Source: an uncultured Gammaproteobacteria bacterium (GTDB taxonomy: Bacteria; Patescibacteriota; Patescibacteriia; 2-12-FULL-57-11). Taken from it: DNA of 64,000 bases. Both the position numbers and the translations under genes were made by a program. This document shows positions 22,376 to 30,571 of this stretch, piece by piece. The notes beneath the pieces are model-generated. The model did not search any database. It had not been told where the DNA came from and saw nothing but the letters and a program-made list of their open reading frames with translations. The stretch covers positions 33,731-97,730 of the forward strand of contig CAZYLV010000003.1 in assembly GCA_964648865.1 (NCBI GenBank), given 5' to 3'. How positions within the stretch are numbered: the stretch's first letter is position 1; every line of letters begins with the position of its first letter.

Positions 22376-23817
22376 CACAAGCGCGAGCGGGCTTGTCTGA
22401 TGCGTCGCACGACGTCGTCCCGCGACAGCAACGGAGCGATCTCGAAGGGTCCCGGTGAGGCAGGCAGCCCTGTGAGCGCCACGCGCAACGGCCACAACAC
22501 GTCGCCGTTCTGGAGCCCTTCTGCGGCGATCCAGGCCTTGAGTCCCCCCTCGATCGCTGCGGCGCTCCACTCCCCCGCGTAGGTCTCGAACCAGGCGGCC
22601 AGGCCATCGAGCGCCGCTTGGGTACGCGCGAGGTCCGACTTCTTCCAGATGAGCAGCGACGGATCGTGCTCGGCCGGCCCGCGGAAGAGGAACGAGACGA
22701 GCTCCGGCAGCTGCGGCATGCGCACCAACCGGTCCTTGGCCAATGCTACCACGCCGGCGAGCCACTGCGCATCATCAAGACGGCCGTCGCAGCCCGCTTT
22801 CCTGAGCTCCTCCGCGGCCATCTCGGCAAGCCGATCCTCCGGCAAGGCCCGCAGGTACTGGGCGTTCAGCCAGTCCAGCTTCTCGAAGTTGACGACCGCG
22901 CCCGACGGGTTGACCTTGGCGAGATCGAAACGCTGCGCAAGCTCATCGACCGCGTATATCTCCCGCTCCCCCGTCGGATTCCAGCCGAGCAGCGCGACGA
23001 AGTTGATGAGCGCCTCCGGCAGGTAACCCTTGGCGAGATAGTCCTCCACGGCCACGTCGCCCTGGCGCTTGGACAGCTTGCTGCGGTCGGCGTTGAGCAG
23101 GAGCGGCAGGTGCGCGAAGACCGGCGGCGTCCAGCCGAAGGCCTCGTAGAGCAGCACGTGTTTGGGGGTCGAGGAGATCCACTCCTCGCCGCGGATGACG
23201 TGGCTGATGCGCATGTCATGGTCGTCGACGACGTTGGCCAGGTGATACGTGGGGAATCCGTCGCTCTTGGAGAGCACGGCGTCGTCGATGGAGGACGTCG
23301 GGAAGCGGATGTCGCCGCGGATCGCGTCCGTGAAGGCGACCTCGGCGCGGTCGCGCGGCACGGCGAGGCGGATGACGTGCGGCGTGCCGGCGCCGATGCG
23401 GGCGGTCCGTTGGTCGGCCGTGAGCCTCCGGCAACGGCCGTCGTACATCGGCGGCTCCTTGCGCGCGGCCTGGTGCTGGCGCATGGCCTCGAGTTCCTTC
23501 GACGTGCAGAAGCACGGGTAAGCCTTCCCGGCATCGACGAGCCGCTTCAGGTGCTCGTCATAGAGCGCCAGCCGCTCGCTCTGCACCACGGGCCCTTCGT
23601 CCCAGGTGAGACCCATGGTCGTGAGCGTCTCCATGAGCCTTTCCGCCGCGCCGGGCACGAGCCGGCTGCGGTCCGTGTCCTCGATGCGCAGGGCGAAGAC
23701 GCCGCCATGCTTGCGGGCGAAGAGCGCGTTGTAGAGCGCCGTGCGCAGCCCGCCGATGTGGAGGTATCCCGTGGGACTGGGCGCGAATCGAACACGGATG
23801 GTGTTCGACGATGGCAT
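22375..23817 (-). CDS. gltX: glutamate--tRNA ligase
   Basis: 480 aa from the internal Met of track ORF 22375..24696. HIGH motif (PTGYLHIGG) and KMSKS motif (KLSKRQG). Confidence 0.93.
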   Translation of the reverse strand: MPSSNTIRVRFAPSPTGYLHIGGLRTALYNALFARKHGGVFALRIEDTDRSRLVPGAAERLMETLTTMGLTWDEGPVVQSERLALYDEHLKRLVDAGKAYPCFCTSKELEAMRQHQAARKEPPMYDGRCRRLTADQRTARIGAGTPHVIRLAVPRDRAEVAFTDAIRGDIRFPTSSIDDAVLSKSDGFPTYHLANVVDDHDMRISHVIRGEEWISSTPKHVLLYEAFGWTPPVFAHLPLLLNADRSKLSKRQGDVAVEDYLAKGYLPEALINFVALLGWNPTGEREIYAVDELAQRFDLAKVNPSGAVVNFEKLDWLNAQYLRALPEDRLAEMAAEELRKAGCDGRLDDAQWLAGVVALAKDRLVRMPQLPELVSFLFRGPAEHDPSLLIWKKSDLARTQAALDGLAAWFETYAGEWSAAAIEGGLKAWIAAEGLQNGDVLWPLRVALTGLPASPGPFEIAPLLSRDDVVRRIRQARSRL

Positions 23818-24525
23818 AGGCGGTTTCCGAGAAGAAAACAGGACAGTCAGCGGGAAAATGATAACAGCGCGGACGATGCGCCACAACCGCCGTGGCTGAA
23901 GGACGAGCCGCCACAGCCACTCCAGGCCGAGGCGCTGCATCAGACGTGGCGCGCGCGGTACGCGCCCGGTGAGGAAGTCCAGGCCGCCGCCCACGGCCAT
24001 CAGCAGCCGCGCCTTGGGATACGCCGCGCCGAACCGCGCGATCCAGCGCTCCTGGTGCGGCGCGCCGAAGTTGACGATGATGACCTCCTCATCTCCCCCG
24101 TCCGCACCCACGGAGCGCCGTTCCTCCACGGCGAAGCGGAGCGCCGGCCAACGGGCACGGACCGCGGTGGAGATGTCCGCGGCACCGCTCAACCCGCCAT
24201 GCCGGATGACGAAACGTACCGTGAGCCCCCGGGCGGCCGCTTCGTCCAGGACCGACTCCATCATGTCCGCGCCCGGTACGCGCTCCGCGGCGAGGCCGCG
24301 CAGGAGCAGCGCCCAGACCACGCCGGTGCCGTCAGGCAGCAGCAGTACGGCACGCGCGAGGGCCTCCGCGAGCGCCGGGTCGCGCCTGGCCGCCAGGACG
24401 ATCTCCGGATTCACGGAGAGCGCCGTCACGCCGCGTCCCGTGCGGAGCGCCTCCCGCAACGCCGCTTCGGCGCCGGTGCGGGTCAGCGCGTCCACCGGAG
24501 CGCCGGCGACGGTCGTGCGTATCAT
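23818..24525 (-). CDS. WecB/TagA/CpsF-family glycosyltransferase (N-acetylmannosaminyltransferase-like), in-frame with gltX with no stop between them
   Basis: A ~236-aa region (MIRTTVAG ... VNPEIVL ... NFGAPHQERWIA ... LDFLTGRVPRAP.. EWLWRL) matches the WecG/TagA family. It reads straight into the GluRS Met (..FSSRKPPMPSSN..). Confidence 0.7.
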
Positions 24526-25076
24526 ACGCCGAGCGGGTAGCCGTGGAGCTCGGTATAGCGCGCGCCGCCGCGGCCGATGTCGCTTCGGTAGAGACCGAAT
24601 CGGTCGACGAGGAAGCGCGTCTCCGCTACGTGCGCGCGGAAGGCATCCGCCGGCACCGGCGCCTCGAGCCGGGCCACGGTGAGATGCGGCGCCCAAGGAC
24701 GATGGTCGACGTCGATCCGCAGGCGCTCCAGCTCCTTGCCGACATCCTCGCGCAACGAGGCGACGGCCGATCCGTGCGGCTCGGCGACCCCCACCCAGAC
24801 GACGCGCGGGTGCACCGCGTCCGGGAAGAACCCGACCTCGGTGAGCCGGACCTCGGTCGGGCGATACCGTGCCGCGATGGGCGCCATGGCGGCGTGCACG
24901 GCCGCGACGCTCCCCTCCTCGAGATGCCCGAGGAAATGCAGGGTCATGTGGATGCTCTCGGGCGGCGCCCAGCGCACGCGCGGCCGCACCGAGCGACGCA
25001 TCTGTCGCATCACGTCATCAAGCACCTGCCGGACGCCGGCGGGAATCGGGATGGCCAAGAAGAGGCGCAAGGACAT
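24522..25076 (-). CDS. thpR: RNA 2',3'-cyclic phosphodiesterase (2H family, ThpR/LigT)
   Basis: 184 aa. Two H-x-T/S-x motifs (HMTLHFLG and HLTVARL). Overlaps the WecG-like start by 4 nt. Confidence 0.8.
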   Translation of the reverse strand: MSLRLFLAIPIPAGVRQVLDDVMRQMRRSVRPRVRWAPPESIHMTLHFLGHLEEGSVAAVHAAMAPIAARYRPTEVRLTEVGFFPDAVHPRVVWVGVAEPHGSAVASLREDVGKELERLRIDVDHRPWAPHLTVARLEAPVPADAFRAHVAETRFLVDRFGLYRSDIGRGGARYTELHGYPLGV

Positions 25077-25114
25077 GGCGGAATCGTAAGGAAATCCACG
25101 GCTTCCGTCCACCC

Positions 25115-25142
25115 TTGACGCTCCTCTCCATGATGGTATGCT
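25115..25142 (+). promoter_or_regulatory. sigma70-like promoter for clpB (TTGACG-N16-TATGCT)
   Basis: The hexamers and spacing are visible in the sequence. They are followed by the CIRCE element and the SD GGAGG. Coordinates approximate. Confidence 0.45.
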
Positions 25143-25144
25143 GG

Positions 25145-25171
25145 TTAGCAGTCAAGCATCGAGAGTGCTAA
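25145..25171 (+). promoter_or_regulatory. CIRCE element (HrcA operator) upstream of clpB
   Basis: TTAGCAGTC-N9-GAGTGCTAA versus the consensus TTAGCACTC-N9-GAGTGCTAA (one mismatch). It lies between the -10 and the RBS. Confidence 0.65.
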
Positions 25172-25183
25172 CCGGAGGACCCT

Positions 25184-27823
25184 ATGGCAAACGACCGTTT
25201 CACCAAGAAGGGCGACGAGGCCGTTCGCGCCGCGCGCGAGATCGCCGAGCGGCACCGGCACCGCGCCATCGACGACATGCATCTGCTCTCCGCGCTGGTC
25301 AGCCAGCCGGACGGGTTGGTCCCCGGCGTCCTGGAGCGCATCGGCGTCGATGTCGATGCGTTGCTCGAGGAGACCGACGAGCTCATCCACGAGGGCATGC
25401 CCCCGGGCGAGATCGTCTTCGGTACGACGCGCCGCCTGATCGACGCGCTCTCCGCCGCGGAGACGCTCTCCCAGGAGATGGGCGACCCGGTGGTCGGCAC
25501 CGAACACATGTTCCTCGGGCTGCTCGATAAGGGCGAGCGCCTCATTCCCCTCTTCCAGGACCACGGGGTGGACCGCAAGAGCTTCGAGGCGGCGCTCAAG
25601 GACGCCCGCGAGGCCGGGACGGGGCGAGCCCCGGAGCGCGAGGCGCCCAAGGTGCTCGAGAAGTACGGCCGCAACCTCACGGCACTGGCGCGGCAAAAGA
25701 AGCTCGATCCGGTCATCGGTCGCGACGACGAGATCCGCCGCGTCATCCAGGTGCTCAGCCGCCGCACCAAGAACAACCCGGTGCTGGTGGGCGAGGCCGG
25801 GGTCGGCAAGACGGCCATCGTCGAGGGCCTGGCCCAGCGCATCGCCTCAGGCGACGTACCCGAGTCGCTGGTCGACCGCGACGTCGTGGCGCTGGACCTC
25901 GGCGCCCTCGTGGCCGGCACCAAGTTCCGCGGCGAGTTCGAGGAGCGCCTCTAGGCCGTCATGAAGGAGATCGAGAAATCGAACGGCGGCATCATCCTCT
26001 TCATCGACGAGCTCCACACGCTCGTCGGCGCCGGCGGAGCCGACGGCGGCTCGCTGGACGCCTCCAACATCCTCAAGCCTGCGCTGGCCCGCGGCGAGCT
26101 GCACGCGATCGGCGCCACGACGCTGCGCGAGTTCCAGAAGCATATCGAGAAGGACCCCGCGCTGGAGCGGCGCTTCCAGCCGGTCATGGTCCATGAGCCG
26201 ACGGTCGAGGACACCATCGCCATGCTCCGCGGCATCAAGGAGAAATACGAGGTCCACCACGGCGTCAAGATCACCGACGCCGCCATCGTCGCCGCTGCCG
26301 AGCTCAGCCACCGTTACATCAACGACCGCTCCCTGCCGGACAAGGCCGTCGACCTCGTGGACGAGGCCGCCGCCGCGCTGCGCATGGACGTCGACAGCCA
26401 GCCCGTGGAGATCGAGCGCCTGCGCCGCGACGCCACGCGCCTGGAGATCGAGAAGCGCGCCCTGGAGGCCGAGGACGACCCGGCACAGGCCGAGCGCAAG
26501 ACCCAGGTCGGCCGCGAGCTGGTCGAGCTCAACGAACGCATCGCCGCGCTGGCCGCCAAGTGGACCAAGGAGAAGGAGATCGTCGGCGCGCTGCGCACGG
26601 CCCAAAAGGAGCTGGAACGCCTGCGCACCGAGAGCGACATCGCCGAGCGCCGCGGCGAGCTCGAGCAGGTCGCCGAGATCCGCTACGGCCGCATCCCGGC
26701 GCAGGAAAAGGCCATGGCCGCGCTCGAGGAGAAGCATCGCACCCAGAAGGGCGAACGCTTCATCAAGGACAAGGTCGGCGCCGAGGAGATCGCCGCGGTC
26801 GTCTCGCGCTGGACCGGCATCCCGGTCACCAAGATGCTCGAGACGGAACGGGAGAAGCTCCTGCAGCTCGAGGCCGGACTCGGCAAGCGCGTCGTCGGCC
26901 AGCCCGAGGCCATCGCCGCCGTGGCCAACGCGCTCCGCCGCAACCGCGCCGGGGTGAGCGAGGGCGAACGGCCCATCGGCTCGTTCCTCTTCCTGGGCCC
27001 AACGGGCGTCGGCAAGACGGAGCTGGCCCGCGCGCTGGCCGCCTATCTCTTCAACGACGAGACGGCCATGATCCGGGTGGACATGTCCGAGTTCATGGAA
27101 CGCCACGAGACGGCCAAGCTGATCGGTTCGCCGCCCGGCTACGTCGGCCACGACGAGGGCGGCCAGCTCACCGAGAAGGTCCGCCGCCGGCCGTACAGCG
27201 TGGTGCTCTTCGACGAGGTCGAGAAGGCCCATCCGGACGTCTTCAACCTGCTGTTGCAGATCCTCGACGACGGCCGGCTGACGGACGCCAAGGGCCGCCG
27301 CGTGAACTTCAAGAACACCGTCATCATCATGACCTCCAATGTCGGAAGCCGCTCGCTCAGCCAGGTCACGACCGGCGCGGCGTTGGGCTTCGCCGACGGC
27401 GACGGCGGGCAGGAACCGGAGCAGCGCATGCGCGAGAAGATCCGCGAGGAGCTCGAGGAGCGCTTCCGGCCGGAGTTCCTCAACCGCGTCGACGAGATCA
27501 TCACCTTCCATCCGCTCACGAGGACGCATATCGCCGACATCGTCGACGTGCAGCTCTCGCGGCTCGCCGAGCGGCTCAAGGAGCGCCGCGTCGCCGTGGA
27601 GGTGAGCGACGCCGCCAAGGCCTACCTGGCCGAGAAGGGCTACTCGCCGAGCTTCGGCGCCCGCCCGCTCAAGCGGCTCATCCAGACGGAGGTCGGCAAC
27701 CGCCTGGCCGAGGCATTGCTCAAGGGCGACATCGCCGAGGGCGACACGGCCGCGGTCGACGTCAAGAAGGACGCGCTGACCGTCAACCGCGCCCGCCGCA
27801 AGGTCAAGGCCGCCGTGGCCTGA
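25184..27823 (+). pseudogene. clpB: ClpB disaggregase, interrupted by a single in-frame TAG at 25952-25954 (conserved Lys position of ..[10 protein letters not shown]-..); otherwise intact
   Basis: Track ORFs 25184..25954 and 25961..27823 are contiguous ClpB in one frame. It carries an N-domain, NBD1 Walker A GEAGVGKT, a coiled-coil M-domain, NBD2 Walker A GPTGVGKTE and a sensor-2 region. TAG is a genuine stop elsewhere in this window. Confidence 0.85.
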
Positions 27824-27827
27824 TCCC

Positions 27828-27855
27828 AAAAGACCCCGCCGCGGCGGGGTCTTTT
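27828..27855 (+). terminator. Rho-independent terminator after clpB
   Basis: AAAAGACCCCGCC / GGCGGGGTCTTTT palindrome directly after the TGA stop. Confidence 0.6.
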
Positions 27856-27873
27856 GCTGTAGAATGGACGCGT

Positions 27874-28341
27874 ATGCTACGTGTCCCCTGGTTCCGACAA
27901 TCCCCCGGCCGCTGCGGACCGACGGTCCTGCGGATGGTGCTGGCCTATCATGGCATTTCTGCCTCCGAGCGTCTGCTCGCCAAACTCACCGGCTGCAAAC
28001 CGGTCTGGCATCCGGAAGGCACCTCGGCGGAAGGCATCATCCGCGGCGCCGAACGCTTCGGGCTGCGCGGACGCGTCCTGGACCGAAGCAGCATCCCGGC
28101 GCTGCGCCGGCTGGTCCGTCGCGGCGTCCCGCCCATCGTCGATTGGTTTTCCGTGGACGAAGGCCACTACTCCGTGGTCGTCGACGTGACGGCGGACCGC
28201 GTGGTCCTGCGCGACCCCTCCGTCCCCGGCTTCGTGCGCCTCCCGCACGACACCTTCCTCCGCGTCTGGTTCGACTTCCACGGCGCAGCGCGCTCGCCGA
28301 AGGCGCTCATCGTGCGGCGCGCCATCGTGGTCTCGCTGTGA
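27874..28341 (+). CDS. peptidase C39-like domain protein (papain-fold Cys peptidase-like, 155 aa)
   Basis: Only the last 155 aa of track ORF 26560..28341 are taken as real. The pattern (..WFRQSPGRCGPTVLRMVLAYHG.. ..GHYSVVVD..) matches C39-like peptidases, with a Q/C ... H arrangement. The upstream part of that ORF overlaps clpB out of frame. Confidence 0.55.
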   Translation: MLRVPWFRQSPGRCGPTVLRMVLAYHGISASERLLAKLTGCKPVWHPEGTSAEGIIRGAERFGLRGRVLDRSSIPALRRLVRRGVPPIVDWFSVDEGHYSVVVDVTADRVVLRDPSVPGFVRLPHDTFLRVWFDFHGAARSPKALIVRRAIVVSL

Positions 28342-29777
28342 TGCGCGTGGTATACTCTGCGGGTATGGCATGGCTCAAGAAAGCCATGGGAATCGTGTTG
28401 TCCGGCGCGCTCCTCGCGTCGGGCATGGCCCCGCTTGCCGCCCGCGCCACGGTCGACCCGGAGAACCTCTTCCCGGACAGCGAGCTGGAGCGCGCCGACG
28501 CCATGACCCCCGGGCAGATCGCCGCCTTCCTCGCCAACAAGGGCGGCTTGGGGCAGCTGTCGTTCCAGGACGTCGACGGCGCCACGCGCTCCGCCGCGGA
28601 GATCATCTGGCGCGTCGCCCAGGACTACCGCATCAACCCCAAGTTCCTGCTGGCGCTCCTGCAGCGCGAGCAATCCTTGGTCGAAGCCACGCGGCCCAAC
28701 CAGTACCAGCTCGACTGGGCCGTCGGCTACGCCCGCTGCGACAGTTGCGACGTGGACCATCCGCTGGTCGCCGCCTATCGCGGGTTCGCCCGGCAGCTCG
28801 AGGGCGCCGCCGCACGCATCCGCGACCACTACCTGGCCGATCTGGCGCGCACCGGCGCCACGCAGACCGGCTGGGGGCCGGGCATCACCAAGGTCGTCGA
28901 CGGTCTGGCGGTGACGCCGCTCAACCGCGCCACGGCCATCCTCTACACGTACACCCCGCACCTCAACGGCAACCTCAACTTCGCCCGTATCCTCAAGCGC
29001 TGGTTCGAGAAGGAGATCCCCGACGGGACGGTGGTCCGCTCCGAGGACGGCAAACGGTTCTGGCTGATCTCCGGCGGCCAGCGCCGACCGTTCGGCTCGA
29101 TGACCGCCTACCTCTCCCGGTATTCCACGACGCAGGCCGTGACCATCCGCGACGCCGAGCTCGACGACTACGAGGAGGGCGCGCCCATCCGTTTCCCCAA
29201 CTACTCGCTGCTGCATGAGCCGGACGGCGCCATCTGGCTGCTCGACGGCGACACGCTGCGCCATATCAGCTCGATGGAGGTCTTCCGCAAGATCGGCTTC
29301 TCGCTCGACGAGCTGCTCGAGGTGGAACGGGTCGACCTCGAGGCCTACGCCGTCGGCGAACCGGTGACGCTCGCCTCGGCATACCCCACCGGGGCGCTGC
29401 TGCAGGACAACACCACCGGCGGCGTCTGGTGGGTCAAGGACGGTCGGCGCGCGCCCATCGTCTCGCGTGAGATCATGCTGGCCTCATTCCCGGGCCGACG
29501 CGTCCTGCCGGTCTCGCCGAGAACCCTGGAGGGCTACGAGATGGCGCCGCCGCTGACCTTCAAGGACGGCACGCTGGTCGGAGCGGCCGGCGACCCCTCG
29601 GTCTACGTGGTCTCCAAAGGCAAGCGTCGGCCGATCGTCTCCGAGGACGCCTTCCGCGTCTACGGCTGGGACTTCAGGAACGTCATCTGGACCAACCGCG
29701 CCGCGCTCGCCGTGCATCCGCTCGGCGAGGCGGTCGACGTCAAACCGACGCCGGAGGTGCTGACCGCCGGTTTCTGA
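28341..29777 (+). CDS. secreted protein with a signal peptide and four ~45-aa repeats (consensus DG..W.(I/V)..G.RRPI.S...F...G(F/W))
   Basis: The ATG overlaps the upstream TGA (TGATG). An alternative start at 28365 gives a cleaner signal peptide (MAWLKKAMGIVLSGALLASGMAPLAARA|TVD). The repeats are visible in the sequence. Confidence 0.6.
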   Translation: MRVVYSAGMAWLKKAMGIVLSGALLASGMAPLAARATVDPENLFPDSELERADAMTPGQIAAFLANKGGLGQLSFQDVDGATRSAAEIIWRVAQDYRINPKFLLALLQREQSLVEATRPNQYQLDWAVGYARCDSCDVDHPLVAAYRGFARQLEGAAARIRDHYLADLARTGATQTGWGPGITKVVDGLAVTPLNRATAILYTYTPHLNGNLNFARILKRWFEKEIPDGTVVRSEDGKRFWLISGGQRRPFGSMTAYLSRYSTTQAVTIRDAELDDYEEGAPIRFPNYSLLHEPDGAIWLLDGDTLRHISSMEVFRKIGFSLDELLEVERVDLEAYAVGEPVTLASAYPTGALLQDNTTGGVWWVKDGRRAPIVSREIMLASFPGRRVLPVSPRTLEGYEMAPPLTFKDGTLVGAAGDPSVYVVSKGKRRPIVSEDAFRVYGWDFRNVIWTNRAALAVHPLGEAVDVKPTPEVLTAGF

Positions 29778-29782
29778 CCCCT

Positions 29783-30571
29783 ATGATCGTCTTCGGCGCC
29801 ATCATCCCCCACTCCCCGCTGCTCATCCCCGAGATCGGCAAGACGCACGCCAAGAAGCTGGCCAAGACCGTCGCCGCGGTGACGGACATCGAGCAGCGTC
29901 TGTACGTGACGCGTCCCGACACGCTGCTCATCATCTCGCCGCACGGCGACGTCATGCCGGACGCCTTCGGCATCAACCTCTCGGCGTCGTACAGGACGTC
30001 CTTCAAGGATTTCGGCAACTTCCGCGCGACCAAGACGTTCCGCTCGGACTTCATGCTCATCGACAAGATCCAGCGTTCCATCCGCAAGGACATCCCCCTG
30101 GCCCTGCACAGCGCCGAGACGCTGGACTACGGCTTCGGCGTGCCGCTGCATCTCCTCACCGAGCACATCCCCAACCCGGCCGTGGTCCCGGTGACCACCT
30201 CCGGCCTCGACCTCAGGACGCATTTCGAGTTCGGCCGCGCCATGCGCGAGGAGATCCTCACGTCCAACAAGCGCGTCGCGGTGATCGCCTCAGGCGACCT
30301 CGCGCACACCCTCAAGAACGACGCGCCGGGCGGCTTCTCGCCCAGGGGCGCCGAGTTCGATGCCAAGGTCCAGGAGCTGCTCGCCCAGCGCAACGTCGCG
30401 GCCCTGCTGCAGCTCGACCCGGGACTCTGCGAGGAGGCCAAGGAATGCGGCCTGCGCGGCATCCTCACGGCGCTCGGCGTCCTCGACGGCATCGATTACA
30501 CGCCGCGCATCCTCTCCTACGAGGGGCCGCTCGGCATCGGCTACCTGGTGGGCCACCTGCAGTTCTCCTGA
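29783..30571 (+). CDS. class III extradiol dioxygenase (LigB/YgiD)-fold protein, Memo-like
   Basis: 262 aa. A His-containing motif series (IIPHSP, ISPHGD, SGDLAHT) matches the LigB-fold pattern (HGSP, SAHW, GSGNxxHN). Confidence 0.6.
   Translation: MIVFGAIIPHSPLLIPEIGKTHAKKLAKTVAAVTDIEQRLYVTRPDTLLIISPHGDVMPDAFGINLSASYRTSFKDFGNFRATKTFRSDFMLIDKIQRSIRKDIPLALHSAETLDYGFGVPLHLLTEHIPNPAVVPVTTSGLDLRTHFEFGRAMREEILTSNKRVAVIASGDLAHTLKNDAPGGFSPRGAEFDAKVQELLAQRNVAALLQLDPGLCEEAKECGLRGILTALGVLDGIDYTPRILSYEGPLGIGYLVGHLQFS

Noticed and set aside
26560-27873. The upstream ~440 aa of track ORF 26560..28341
   Set aside because: They overlap clpB in a different frame with low-complexity R/G-rich sequence. Only the last 155 aa, after a terminator and with its own ATG, look like a real C39-like protein.
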